This document shows positions 25,001 to 40,000 of a stretch of 64,000 nucleotides of DNA, piece by piece. The notes under the pieces are model-generated. The model was not told the origin of the DNA, ran no database searches, and was given only the letters and a program-made list of their open reading frames with translations. The stretch is from Schmidtea polychroa. Taxonomy: Eukaryota. The position numbers were made by a program, and so were the translations under genes. Position 1 is the stretch's first letter. Every line of letters starts with the position of its first letter. The stretch is taken from positions 63,798,001-63,862,000 of the forward strand of contig CM097888.1 of the NCBI GenBank assembly GCA_044892525.1, in the 5' to 3' direction.

Positions 25001-28000
25001 AGTCCTTTTCCTTAATTTCTAGTTCTTCTAAAATGATTTTCTAAAAGAATATAGTACCACGGTTATATATAATAGAATTATAACATCCACAAAGTTCTCA
25101 TTTGAACCTTTTTCGAGAACCTCTGTAAAATTTTGATGTGAATATCTGTGAACGTCTGTCCATAGATAACATAAAAAAGAAATTATAATAAAAGTCAAAA
25201 ATCAGATACTGAAACATTTGAAAAATTACAAGAGGCTATAAATAGTTGTTTTAATAGATTATTAATAAATAGTTTATCGTTACATGCTTTATAATTTTAT
25301 TCAGATAACTTTTACCTAAACTATCAAACTACGTAAAAAATATTGTATTAGACATGAATGTCATTTACAGAAATAAATTTATTTACTTATTTCGTTTCAA
25401 GATACATACCAAGATTCGTCAACCTTAGTTCCTTAAAACGTTACAGGAGTTTACTGAATATTTCATGAAAAAAGAGTATATTCAATAAAGTCCATATATT
25501 TTGAAAATTCTACTTTTATGAGACGATTTGCTTTATTCTAAATAAGTCAAATTATATTATAGGAAGTCCTGTTGTAAACGGATGCCTAAACTTGTTGTAT
25601 TAGGAAACCTAGAGCTTTTCCTTTTAAAAATTAAGGTTCCATGAGTAATTTTATAGATTATTAAGGTACCAATGATTTGAAAATTTTGAGTATTCCTAAT
25701 ATTATATAATGTAAGTATTATATAATGTAAAATATAAATTTTGACAAAAAAGTCTTATAATCTTGACAGGAACTATTTAATTTTCAATAGAATAATTAAT
25801 AACCATAACAAAACAAATGCTTATTTCTCTGTAAAATTTATTAAAAAAAAATTTCCAATTCGGCTGAGCAGTTTATTATTTCATGTCATCAAACTAGAAG
25901 TACTATGAACAATTTATTATAATTAAAAATCTTCATTTACCAAAAATGCAGAAATTTTACTGAAACTTAAATGAAATTTTTCAATTAGTTTAAACTTTTA
26001 ATTAATTTTCTTATTAAAGTGTCAAGTTTCATTTAAAATTTCAATTTGTTTTCACGTGAAAATATTTTATTTAATTAGTTCGCAGTAGAATTTTAAATGT
26101 GATTTTGTTTCCAATTAATTATGCATATATATAAATTAGAACTATAAACAAAAATTAAACTTCAATAAAATCCTACACAGAAATGGGTATCAAGATAAGA
26201 CATTGAAAGAATGAATTCTACCCCAAATAGATCTAGGGAGATAACACAAAAAAAGAAATATTTTTATCTGAATATCCCATTCATCAGTGACATATTCGAC
26301 TTCAAGATACTGAAAGCACTTAAACGCACTGACCTTCCAATTCGTATACCACATAAATCTTGGACATTGAGAGAAGCTCTGGCAAACAACACAAAAAAGA
26401 AAACAATTACACAATGAAAAAATATATGCTTCCGAAAAAAACATTATCTGTTGCAGGTGTCGGAACCCGGTGGCCCAAATGTGCTTTTTTTGCGGCATAT
26501 AAATAGTTGACCATACTTACATATTTTGGCATATTATTTAGAAAATAAATTTTAAATGAACAATAAATTAAATAATATTAAGTACACTCACTCAAATAAG
26601 TCTACCAGCTCTTTAGTCTAATTCTATATATTTCATAATACATTCTTCTAAATTTTATCTAAGTAATAATTTAGGCCTTTTGCTGCAAATAATGTATTTA
26701 ATGAAAAAATTTCGACTAAAAGATAGTCCTTGTCAATCTCCAAGTACTATCTTATAGTCGGAAATGTTTTCATTAAATACATTATTTGCAGCAAAAGGCT
26801 TAAATTATCACTTTATTGTTTTAAATAATAAATTCTGCTACCAAGAAATCATCACTTTATAATTATCTAATTAATTCAAATATATAAAATATATATTAAC
26901 CAAGAATTTGATGCGTGTTTCGAATTATTGTCATTATATATATTTTGTCAAATAATTTTAAAAAAAGGGTTCAAGAAAACGTAAAATTGCAAATGAAAGA
27001 AGAATTTTAATGAGGATGGGTACAGCAAGTACTTCTTTACTGAAAATGGTGGTAAACCCTTTTGTCTTATTTGTCATAAAAGTGTTGCTGGAGTGAAAGA
27101 ATATAATGTCAAACGTCATTACAAGAATGAACATGAAATCCAATACAAGGATTTGACCGGTGAAATTAGAAAAAATCAAATTAATAAATTGAAAGCCTAT
27201 TTGACTGCTTAACAAAGCATATTTAGGAAGCAAAGTATTCACAATGAATTGGTAGTTCGTACTAGTTACATTGTAGCTGAACTTGTTGCGAAAGAAGAAA
27301 GACCCTTTACCGATTCAAAACTTATTAAACGGTGTTTACTAGCGGTAACTGAAAAATTATGCTCAGAAACCAAGAAGTTATTTCAATATTTTAGCTAATC
27401 TGCTTGAACTTGAGCAAGGCAAGTAGAAGAAATCGGAACAAATTTAAATATAACAAAGAAAAATATATGATTGTTACATTCTATCAATAGATGAAAGTAT
27501 TGAAATAACTGACACAACACACTTAATAATACTTATTTGAGGCATTGATGATGGCTTTAATATTCATGAAGAATTGGCTAGTTTATGTAAATTAAAAGGC
27601 ACTACAACCGGCAATGATTTGTTCATAAAGGTAAAGTAAACTCTCAATTCTTTGGAATTGGGATGGAAAAAGCTAGAAATATATGACAACCAATGGTGTC
27701 AGAAATATGTGTAACTCTAATAGGGTGAATTTACGTATAAATACAGAATATAGGTCATGATAATCCAATGGTGTTTCATTTCATCATTCATCAGGAATCA
27801 CTTTGCAATAAAATGTTATCATCAGTGAAAGACTTTATGAAGACAGTAATATCAACTATAAATTACATTCGCCGCCACTGTCTGAAACACCGTCAATTTC
27901 AAGAATTACTGAAAGAAATTGATTCGGAATTCAATGACGTTATTTACTACTCAGCAGTTAGATGGCTAAGTGGAGGTGCTCTTCTAAGGTTTTTTTAATT

Positions 28001-31000
28001 TTAAATTTTTTAAGCTCGAGCACAGGCCGTTTTATGATTAAGAATTTAGTTTTATGAAGAAGAAATACAAGACCTTGACGCAGAAGCAATGGAAGAGGAG
28101 GAAACTAATGCAGAAGTGGAAGACGATGTAGACAGACATATTCATGACCAGCAATATTGATATTTTTTGGGCAATGCAAATTTTGTAAGAGATGATGAAG
28201 ATCTTTTAATAAAAATTTTATCTTATTTTCAAAGCTCCTGCTTTTTAATAAGCCACTATTTTTTACTAAGAATATTTGGTCCGAAAAAAATCTTTAAAAC
28301 TTACTAAGCTACTAGCTTATAACCAAAAACAGGGTAACTAATTTTTACAACATATAAAAAACTTAAATTTTTTAATTAACAGAATTTTGTTTATTTAAAT
28401 TAAAATACCAAAACTTTTAATTTTAAATAATTCAATTTCTATCATTATGGCAAATTTATATCATAAAATTTTCACTGATACACCACGGCGACATTTCAAT
28501 CAAGTGAATAACAAAATATTTCTAAAAGAAAAGTTTATGAAAAGTAAAAATTTAATTTAAAAATTAATCCAAATTAAAAATTCTTCAAAAACAATCATCT
28601 AATAATTAAGAAAACCAGCCGTGCATAAACACTGGATTATCTTTTTTCAATGAGAATTACAATAAAAAATTGAGTTAAAATTTTAAAATTATTAACAAAA
28701 AATTAATATTAAAAATATTATTGATCTTTTAATATTTATTTAATATTTGTAAAAATTCATAATCAAAAAATTCATTATGAATATACTGAATATAAAATTC
28801 ATTGGAAACTACTAAATTAAATGTTAAGTCGAAATTTTTTACAATATATTTTGATCATGTAATAACAGAAAAACTCGCATTCCAAAGGCTAATCCAAAAT
28901 AAATGTAAAAAAATGTTCATAATTTTAAGGCGATACAAATACGCAATATTAATAATTTGGATAAATAATATTCTTAATTTCCCAATATAAATGATAATCA
29001 AAAGGATATTGAGACTATAAAATAATTTGTATTTTTTATTTAAATTAGAATTTAATAATCATTTATTTTTAAAAGTATAATTAGAAACAAATGCGTGGAA
29101 TAAATATGTTAATTATTAAGAATAAAAAAATGCTTATAAAAACCAGTTACATTTTGATATATAAGAAGTTGAATCTTCACTAAATTTGGTAACCTTCCAT
29201 TAAAACTTTCATTAAATTTACAAATATTAAAGAACGAAATAAATTTTTCTATATCTCATTTTGGTTTGAGTGCTTAATGTTGAAAGAACATTTACATATC
29301 AAATCGGAAATGCAAAACAGAAATTTGACGCAAACTTTGGCGCCAGTTTTACTCAAAAATATTGGCTCGAGCTCTACACCACTGTTTCAATACAATAAGC
29401 TATTCTCCTTTTCTTTTATGATTTATGTTAAATTAAAACAAACTAAATTTGATATATTCGGAGATATTAGAGAAATTTACATTAATAAATAAAGTATAAA
29501 ACAGTCAAGAAAGGAAATTAAAATTTTTATATTAAATGTCTAATGATCGATCAAGAATTGAAGACAAACGGTTTAATAAGTGATAAAAAGGTTTGTAATG
29601 TTTTTAACAACATAAAGTAAAGAATAATATTCAATTAAAGAGAAATTGTAAAATTATATAATCAAATTAAAGTGATATTTTAGTCATTTGTAGTGAAATA
29701 TATATTTGGAACTGGGTATAAAAATATTATTCACCAATACTATAGTGTTTTACATGGAGATCATTTAAAGTGGAATGCATGAAAGGTAATAGAATTTTAA
29801 TGGGATCCTTAATATTACTTATCAATAAGACACATAAAAATTAAGACTTTACTTAACACTTTAGCACCAGAAATTCTTATTTTTAAAATCTCTAAGACTA
29901 AAAATATTGAAATTTTATTTACAATAAAATAATTTTGAATAAATCAAATGCACATTTATTTTTAATCAAATTGATGGATTTCAGTCAAATACATTTATTT
30001 GTTAACTATTTAATTCTGACTACTAGAGTCTGTGTACGCACACATATGTTATTTGGCATATTTGACAGACTCGAGTAGTTGAGTTTGGATTTGATTGCGT
30101 GCATTTATTCTTTCTCACTGAACTGTGTTCAGAGTGATTTGGGTAGTTTCGATTTTTGATTGGTCATTGTTTTTGGAAGTGATTTATTTTATGGTTAATT
30201 CAAATTCTGGTTTCAAAATATATAAACTTTTCATGTTTAATTTTGGTAATTACTTTTATATTTGAATAATACGAAAAAGTAGATGAAAAAAGATATTACT
30301 GTATTAGTAATTGATAATGATTGAGAATGTGTGAAACTCGATTTTCTGTGGATGATGTTGGTTCCCTCAATTGTTGGTCGACCAAGACATGAATGTGTTT
30401 TGGGTGGTATGGGTAAGAAAGATAGCTATGTCGGTGATGAGCCTCAGTCTAATAGAGGTATTTTAACTTTGAAATATCCAATTGAAAACGATGTAACAAA
30501 TTATTATGACATAAAAAAAAACTCTGCATCATATATTTTGTAATGAGCTTAGAATTTCTCCAAAAGAGAATCCATTTCTTCTTAATAAAGTGGTACTGAA
30601 TTCAAAAGCTAACAGAGAAAAAATTACTCTAATAATGTTTGAAACATTCGATGTTCCAGTTATGTATGTTGCTATCCAAGATGTTCTGTTTCTTTATGGT
30701 TCAGGAAGAACTACTAGCATTGGTTCAGATTCCAGAGATAGTGGGACACATGCCAATTTATGAAGGTTATACTTCGTCTCATGCAATTCTGAGAATGGAG
30801 TTGATTGGGAGAGATTTGACTGNNNNNNNNNNNNNNNNNNNNNNNNNNNNNNNNNNNNNNNNNNNNNNNNNNNNNNNNNNNNNNNNNNNNNNNNNNNNNN
30901 NNNNNNNNNNNNNNNNNNNNNNNNNNNNNNNNNNNNNNNNNNNNNNNNNNNNNNNNNNNNNNNNNNNNNNNNNNNNNNNNNNNNNTCATATCTTTCTCAA

Positions 31001-34000
31001 AAAAACCTGAATAAAATTAACCGTTCTAATATACTCCAAACTCCCATCAGTTCTCTCTTTCTTGAGTCCCTTTTAACAATTTAAACTCAATTTAATACTA
31101 AAATCTTTTTTATATATTTATTTGTCTAAAGATAAATTCTGTTCTTCAAATCGCGATGAATAATAAAATAAATTTTGTCTTCTGAAAATCTGAATAAAAA
31201 TTCAACCGTAAATGTTTGTCCGACACTGATCTAAAAAATAAAAATGAAGAATTATTCTTTAAAATTGTTTAAAATTTTAATCATTTTATTTATTGATTAT
31301 TAACATTACAGTAAACCTCAAATAATTTCCGAACTTCTGTTAATTTCCCACTATCCTTTCTAAAAATATATTTCACTATATTTTATGAGATTTTATATAA
31401 TAAATGTAAATTCTTTCCATCTGCATATTAAATTAATTTGCAAAGTAAAATTAATATTTTTTAAAATTTTACTAAATTTTTCAAAACAATACATCAAACA
31501 TTTACTATTGATTTTTTAGTAAAAATTAATCAATCAAAAATCAATTAAAGTTAATTTATTGGTTCTTATTGAGTGTAATAAGAAAAGAAATTTCCCAGAC
31601 CTGGTGAAAAATTTTAAAGTCAATAGAAAAAAGCAATTAGATATATTTAATGGGTCACGATATATAGAAGATGAATTGTGATTGAAATTATTGATAAAAT
31701 ATTCACTGAAGAAAAATAAATATAATTATTCAATTATTCCCACATAAATTGAATGAATTGTTCTTAATTAAATGGGACAACATCGCCATCGAATGCACTT
31801 TTATTGCAATTAGAATGGACTGAATTTTATTTCAATTTTTCATCAATTATTTGAAAAAGTTTGGAACATAGTTTCAAAAACATTTGAAACAGTTTAAAAA
31901 CATACTACACATTATACACATTGTCATGGCCGTGCTGTGACTTTTGGGGGTCCTGTGCAGACACTAAAAATATTTTTTTAATTTTATTGCATTCATTTTT
32001 ATCGATTTTAATTAAAAAGAAATTATAAAACAATTTTATAGCTCATTTGGCGGAAAATTCATCAATTATATCATTGTAATAAATTGTTCTGGCTGTTGCA
32101 TTTTCAATCGACATTTGCTAATCCAGAAAGTCTTTCCTGTGACATTTTAAACCATAGATAATTTTCAATTAATTTTAATTTTGAAAACGATTGTTCACAA
32201 TGATCAACGGTAATGGGTATCTTTGTTTTTTTCTTTCAAATCGTGGTGTTTTTTGCTATTGGAGAAAATTTTGTAATACATATAATTTTTGAGGGCTCCT
32301 CAAAAATAAGGAGCCTAGTGCGATTGCACTTGTTGCACTGGCGATAGTATGGTGCTGCACATTGTACGCATAATATATTTTAGAGTTGTGCAAATTAATT
32401 AAATTTCGAAAAATCAACAATTTCTCAGAGGATTGGAAACATTTGTCAATTAAAAAGACAAATAAAAAAGACAAAAAAAAATAAGCATTAAATAATTTTT
32501 GGTGAAATTTTTAGGGGTATAATGCAAAAATATAAATAAATTAATTAAAAAATTACTTACCTCATCAATCATCGTGCAGTTGTGAATATTATAATTCTCA
32601 AAAATAAAACGCGTAACACAATTTGTTTTCTCTATTATAATTAATTTGGAAAATGCTTTAACAGTTTCGTGATGAGTAAAGATTATGACATATTTGTAAT
32701 ATTAACATTTTTCGATAAAACAATTTAAAAAAAACAATTTTCATTTTAATGAAGTCATATTTTTATGGCGGTGTTGCTTAACAACATATTTTTTATATTC
32801 TTTGAAAATACGCTTAATATTTTTTTAATAGATTCAACAATATCAACAATAATAGATTCATGAATGTGAAAGTTTGAATTATTATTAATTTTTTTAATTA
32901 ATAGCGTATTAGTATTTGTGTTGTTTACTTATTAATTAGTGAATTCAAACTTGTTAAATTGGTGCAAAAACTTCATGGATAGTCGAGTTCTATAAAGCAT
33001 ACAATTGTATCATGCATTTTCAAACCTTTTTGTAATTTGTAATTCGGTTGTCTTTAGATAAGACCACCCATCTTATTATGGAATGTATAATGTCCCGGGG
33101 GCTAAAACAGATGCTAAAGAATACCTTTTATTCAATTTAGTAACGTATTTTGAATTTTACGGATATTTATTGTTCTTATTTTATTACTTATTTACCAATA
33201 TTTGGCTACAATTGATTCCGACAATTCTTTTATATTGTATTTATAAAAAATTGACTATCAATCGGTAAAGATATCAAAAAAATCGATAACTTTACTGATT
33301 CATTGTCAATTCTTTTATAAATACATTGTTAATTGAAAAGAAAGCAGAGGTGAAAATCGAAAGTTCTTATAATAATTCTTTTATAATTTATAGTAAATAA
33401 AATAATTTTAACAACAAAATGGAAATTTAAATTTGGACTCGGTTTCAAAAAATTACATAAAGTGAAATATTAAATGTTCATATAATCCAAATTTATTGAA
33501 AAATCATAAATATGATTAAATTACCACTTTATTTGCAATAAATTTATTTCAATTCAATTTATTCCAGTAAAAATATGTTAATAAATTTCTCATCAGACTT
33601 GATTGAATCCCAATACTTATACTGTCTATAACATCATTTAACGTAGAAATCATAAATTACATACAAAGATATAAACAACAAATCAAAATATTATTTTTAT
33701 ATTATATCAATTCTAAATATATAAAAATTTCCATAGTTTGACAAAATATGTTCTACGCCAGTGGTACGCAAACCTTTAAGCTCGGGCACACAATATATAA
33801 ACAAATATGTTTCTTTTTTGTTTAGAATATTCTTTTGATTAAATAAATCTTTAAGTTTTATATTTAATGAAATGAATGAACCTGTTTTTTGTTGTAAATT
33901 ATTTCTAATCTAAGTTAAGGTAAAAAACTTGTAAAAAATTTATTTTATTATTTTATTTGTTTTTTTACTCAAATAAAAATCTCAAATTAATAATGTCATA

Positions 34001-37000
34001 GTGGTTCATAATTTTCTTCTACACATAATCAATCTCAGCTTGTACACATACTATATATATTCAATATCATTTTATAGCCATACTAAACTGTACATATAGT
34101 GACGCAATCTTATTATTTTTTAATTTATATAAATTCATCCTCGAAAAATTTCAGCTGTTTCTTTAGAAAAAAATCGTTGATTTATTTAATCTAAAATGTA
34201 ACAAGAAAGCTGAAGTTGATTTTTAATGACAATTTTTCTTTGTTCAAAATTAATGATACATCTGTTTGCATGAAGTAATGACCTCTATAATATAAGCTTC
34301 TGAGCAAATCAATAGATGAGTCAAAATTTGTCAGAAATTATTTTTTTCAAATAATGGATTTTTGGGAATTTTTACAATTTAAAGTAAGCTTTAGTAATTT
34401 ATAATTTAAATTTGATTTTTTTATATTATTCGCCATATTTTATTTTATGAAGTTTTTTTGTATTCACATTAATCGTTAAATGAAACTCGTCTTTAAAATT
34501 CAATATTTTTCTCTTTATTTTTTCGACAACTCTGGAGTGGTAAAATTGAATTTAGTAGAATTTATGATATTAAATTCTAAATTTCTATCAGTCATTTCTA
34601 TCTGTCCACTAAAAATTTAAAATATGCAAAATTTCCAGACATCAAAAGTTTACATGCATTTTTTATTATATGTTGTGTTTGTGTGTTAAATAAATTTTTA
34701 CCCCTTTCTCAATTTCAATCTTAACTGATGTTATTCCATGCAACATTAAAATATATTATAGATTTTATTATTCCACGCAAACATGTGTAGAAACTTTATC
34801 ATATTGGTTTAAGTATGTATAAATAAAATACAAACAAATTGAGGAATAACTCAAGTTAGAATGGCGAAAGGAAATATACAGAGCACACAATAAACTTGCT
34901 CAATCATCCATATTTTAAAATATATAATTCACAGTAAATATTGATCTATAAGAATGAGTTTCAGCAATCTAAATAAACATTTATAAATTCTACCAAAAAT
35001 CTTATTAATTTTTAATGAAAATATTTTCAAAAAACTTCATTTCTACATTTATAATAACAATTTTATTTACTTGTATTTTTGTTCAAATATAGGATATTTA
35101 AAAAAATTCAAATTACAAAAAATTTAAAACAGAAAAAATAATTATATTATTCACGTTGAAATTTCTGAAAATGATTTTATTAAGTATATATAAATTCATT
35201 TACCCACACAATAATACGTTATAGAACTATTTGCAAATGCCAAAATTTTCCATTAATGTAATGTAACTGTTTTCAAAAGCTATTTTATTTCGTTCATTTT
35301 TCTATTAAAAAAAATATAAATAAATAATGCTAGTTTGTCATTAGATAATTGCCATGTATCAAATTCAATATTCGAAAAAAGTATCTTTGAAAACTGACAA
35401 GCATATTAATGAACAAATAAAAAAAGCAATTAATCCAGATTCAATTACTACCATTACATTATTTGTCTATTTTTTTATTAAAGACAGCAAACTTTTAAAA
35501 ATATTTCTTTTTTCTTATCATTCATTGAAACTTTTAAAGTTTCACATAGTGAGTTGTTATTTTTTATTGGATAAATAAATAATTTCTTTTCAACAAAAAC
35601 TTGACAAATAAATTGAAATTTAAATGACTTGTTCAATGCAAATTAATTCAAAAATAAAAGACTTGGTTTTGTTTAATAATAAAAATATATTTAATATAAA
35701 TCATTTTACTATGAAAATTATTAACGCAATATACTCTTCAGTCAATTTTGTTGTTCCAACTTTATGTAATTTTTTCATTTGTTTTACCAGGATAAAATAT
35801 AATAGTTATATATGTTTGAAGATTCAAATATTCTCGATTTTGACAATATTTTAGTAGTAGAAAACATTATTTATTTATTATTTATTAATAATAAACTTAC
35901 TTAAATCATTTTTTCATGAAATTTCATGTCGAAAAAGCATGTTAAAACTTTTATTTTATGTATGACTATAATGACCTATAATCAATTTTTTATTCGTGAA
36001 AAATATTACCTAATTAATTGTTTTTTTTGAATTATTTGAATTTTTTCATAAATATTTTTTTCAAACAGAATCATTCTTTCTAAAATATTTGAAAATAAAC
36101 TATCATTGATAAAAGTAAAGTAAAATCTGATAGATTAGCCGGATATTTTTCATGTGATGAAAATGAAAGGGATAATTTCAATTATTGTCTGGTATAACCT
36201 ATCTGCAATTAAACTTTTCTTTTCAGAGAAATTATTTAAAGGAAATCGTTTAATTTTTATAAAAAGGAAAAAAAAACTTTGAAAGATTATTTATAATTTA
36301 AGAAAAAACTTTTAAATAAATCAACTTTATTATGTTTTATAAGTTTTTCAATATTATACAAAATGTATTACTAATATTGAGTTATAAAAGAACATGGATA
36401 TTTAATAATGACTTTAATAATTGGTCGGTTGCATATTTAATAAGTAACAATATAAAAGTTATGCAATTTTTACAACATACAATAATCGAAACCAAAGTTA
36501 TAAGGTACTCAAGGTATAATTAAAAAAAATATATTTAAGAGAAGTCGTTATATTCTAATTTTAACGTTTCAATTTTTCCATTAATACTTTTCACTATCTA
36601 TATATTATTTCAAAGAAAAAGTGATTACAAGAAAAAGAAAAATTGACCAATCTAAGGCGGAATAAGTATAAATAATAAAAAATACCAACATTTTAAATTG
36701 TGCGAGAAACATATCACAAATAGTATTTTATTTACATCTTATTATCCTGGAGTGATGCAGGTTTGAACACAAAAGAAGAGTTAACATACAAACAAAATTA
36801 ATTTAGTTCCGAATTAAATAATCTTTATATTTATTCAGTACTAGGCAAAATACTAAGTAAAGTACATTTAGGCAAAATAAGTCGGAATTTATATATTTAT
36901 TAATAATATTTACCATGGCATAAAATACTAATTGCTAATTTTTTTTTTGGGAAAAATATATTGTTACAATATGTTAAATCTGAACAGAATGCTACATGAG

Positions 37001-40000
37001 AAAATATTTTTTATCACAACGTACGGTGAAGTGTAAGATATCTGGTATAGAGGATCCTCTGTTTTTAAAATAAAGGATTACGCACGGTGAAATTATTTTA
37101 AGGTATTAAAAGATTTTTGACATAATATATATTTTTCAGCAAATGATTATTTATTTGTTTNNNNNNNNNNNNNNNNNNNNNNNNNNNNNNNNNNNNNNNN
37201 NNNNNNNNNNNNNNNNNNNNNNNNNNNNNNNNNNNNNNNNNNNNNNNNNNNNNNNNNNNNNNNNNNNNNNNNNNNNNNNNNNNNNNNNNNNNNNNNNNNN
37301 NNNNNNNNNNNGTATTGCTTTTTATGTATCACTTAAAATTTAATAAAGTTAATTTTGTTTTAATTAACCACAGTAAATTAGGTTTACTTAATCGATTTCC
37401 TAAAATGAATGATGTTAATTAATATAACGTTGCTTTCGTGACCGAAGCTATATAACTTAAAATAAATTATTCTGAGGTAAAAAACTATTAGATACAAATG
37501 TATGGGGAAATAATGTCAACTTTTGTTATTTGTTTTAAATTAATTACCTAGCAGCTTTATTTGTATTTGTATTAGAATTGCATATATATATATATTCTGA
37601 TGAATAATTGAAAGCTTGCATGTATATAAATCATGATACACCATCAACTATTTGTTAAACTAGGGAAAAACATAATCAAATAACCATATGGGAAAAAGCA
37701 ATAACTATCTTTTTACTATTCATTTTAGATTTAAAAAATTAGTTTTTCCCATATCTAACGTACTTGGATAGTTTTCAGAGATAATACCAAAACGAGCAAA
37801 CAAATTGTTTTTCAGAAATTAGATATATCAATTATATATCAATATAGAGAAATAATTAAATTAATTTCTCGAGTCTCGAAAAATATCCCTTTTCTATATA
37901 AGAAAAAATCTGTTTTTTAACGTGAATTTTATAAAGACAATTCGAATGCAGTCTTAGAACTCTATTAATAACCAATTCAGCTTTACGCCTATATACGGAT
38001 CAAATGGCTAGAGAACTCAGGACAAATACGAGACTCAATATCTTTGCAGTTGGGCTACATTTTACGCTAATTGCTTCAGAGAATCTAAAGTATGAATATC
38101 ACCTGATCATATTCGTTTCATTTAAACAAGAAATGATTGATAAAAATAATTATTGCATATATCATTCAAAAGTAAATGTATAGAAATTTATTTTTATTAA
38201 ATTTAATTCAACATATTTTGGAAAAAAAATCCCTTTCTTTACAAATGTCAACCTATTTATTATAATTATATTTAAAATTATAAATATTTATTATTAAATG
38301 TTACACTTTTTATAAGTGTAATATATTTTTTAGATTTGAAACTGAAATAAATCCGTTAGAATTAATTTATGTACTATTACTCAAAAATATCTTTTGTTTT
38401 TATCAAAAAAGTATAAAATCAGATCAAAATTGAAAGAATTGAAAAAATAATTCTTATATATTACAATCACAGATTTACACACATGCACTCCAGTTGTCCT
38501 GAAAGACTTTTTTTACCTGAGACCTACCAGACCCATCAATTTTCTTGATAAAACACTCCTACACAAACTTAATATTAACATGTAAAAAATTATGTTTTTT
38601 AATTTTCCTTAAAATTTGGCTTGAACTTTATATTTATATTTATTAAAATAGTCAATTAATTAAATTTTATTCAGATGGACTTGTTGAAGTTACGAAATCC
38701 GGAGCTATTATTCGTGAAATGGGTCCCGGAACAGTTTTTGGAGAACTTGCAATATTGTATAATTGTACAAGGACAGCAAGTGTTAGAGGTATTTATTTGA
38801 ATATTTTAAACACTGTTATCTCATTAAAATAATAATGATTACAATATTTATTTCGAAATAATTTTGGTAGCAAGTCATAATATTTTACTGTTAATTTATG
38901 AATTTAAAAAGATTTATGAAGTAAATTATAATTAACTTAATTTTATGAGCTGATTAAGATTTCACTTGTTTTGTTTTATTTTCAATAATTAGGGTTTAAA
39001 ATAAAAAAGTGTATGATAAGTTTAGTTTTAAAATATTATTTTTTTTAATTAATTACATCAAAATCAATCTTTGAGTGATTAAAACTTACAAGTTGCAAAA
39101 TTGTAAAAAAACATTTTACTAATGAATACAACTAAAGAAAGAGAAAGCTGTCAGAATCTTTCTTTATATAATTTAAAAATTTGAATCACAAAAACACATA
39201 AAAAAAATAAAATAAAATAAATTTTTTAAATTTTTTGTGTTTTTGTATTCTAGTATATCTGCACAGAAGAAAAACTAATTAGAGAGGACATTGGTTATGG
39301 GACTCAAACATTTATGTTATCACGTTGTCTTCTCATATATTTTTACTATAATAAAACATGGTAAAAATCATTGACTAATAAACTTTAAGCAATTAAAAAC
39401 GTAATTTTAATTAGTTCATAGAACCAAAAACATATAGTAAATAGTGATTATAATAAACAAAATTATTTTATTTAAAAATCAAATAAAATTGAAATATATA
39501 TTATTACTTTTATATACACATTTTGCTCACTTCAATTATAAAATAAATTTATTCAAATTTATCAAGCAACAACTGAATGCAAATTGTGGGCAATTGATCG
39601 GCAGTGCTTTCAGTCAATTATGATGAAAACCGGTCTAAGAAAACAAGAAGATTATATACGATTTTTAAAAAGGTACGAGTGATTTATAAATTAGATAATT
39701 TTATTATTCTATTTTTAATTATTTTGTTATTCAAAATTCTATTTATAGTAATAAAAAATATTTAATAAATTAATTATAAACATAAATATATAATAATAAT
39801 AATAATAATGGGTTTTAATAATAAAATTGTGCTGTCAATAACGAAATTTCAAACTGATTCACCATGGTATTGATAAAACAATAATAGTCCCAACTCAACA
39901 AAAATAATAAGAAAAACAATTTACAANNNNNNNNNNNNNNNNNNNNNNNNNNNNNNNNNNNNNNNNNNNNNNNNNNNNNNNNNNNNNNNNNNNNNNNNNN

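Noticed and set aside
33759-33795. Charlie-like hAT left end CAGTGGTACGCAAACC
   Set aside because: No matching right end or TSD found, so it cannot be delimited as a feature.
37405-37476. Possible C/D-box snoRNA (ATGATGT...CTGA)
   Set aside because: Imperfect C box and no terminal stem.
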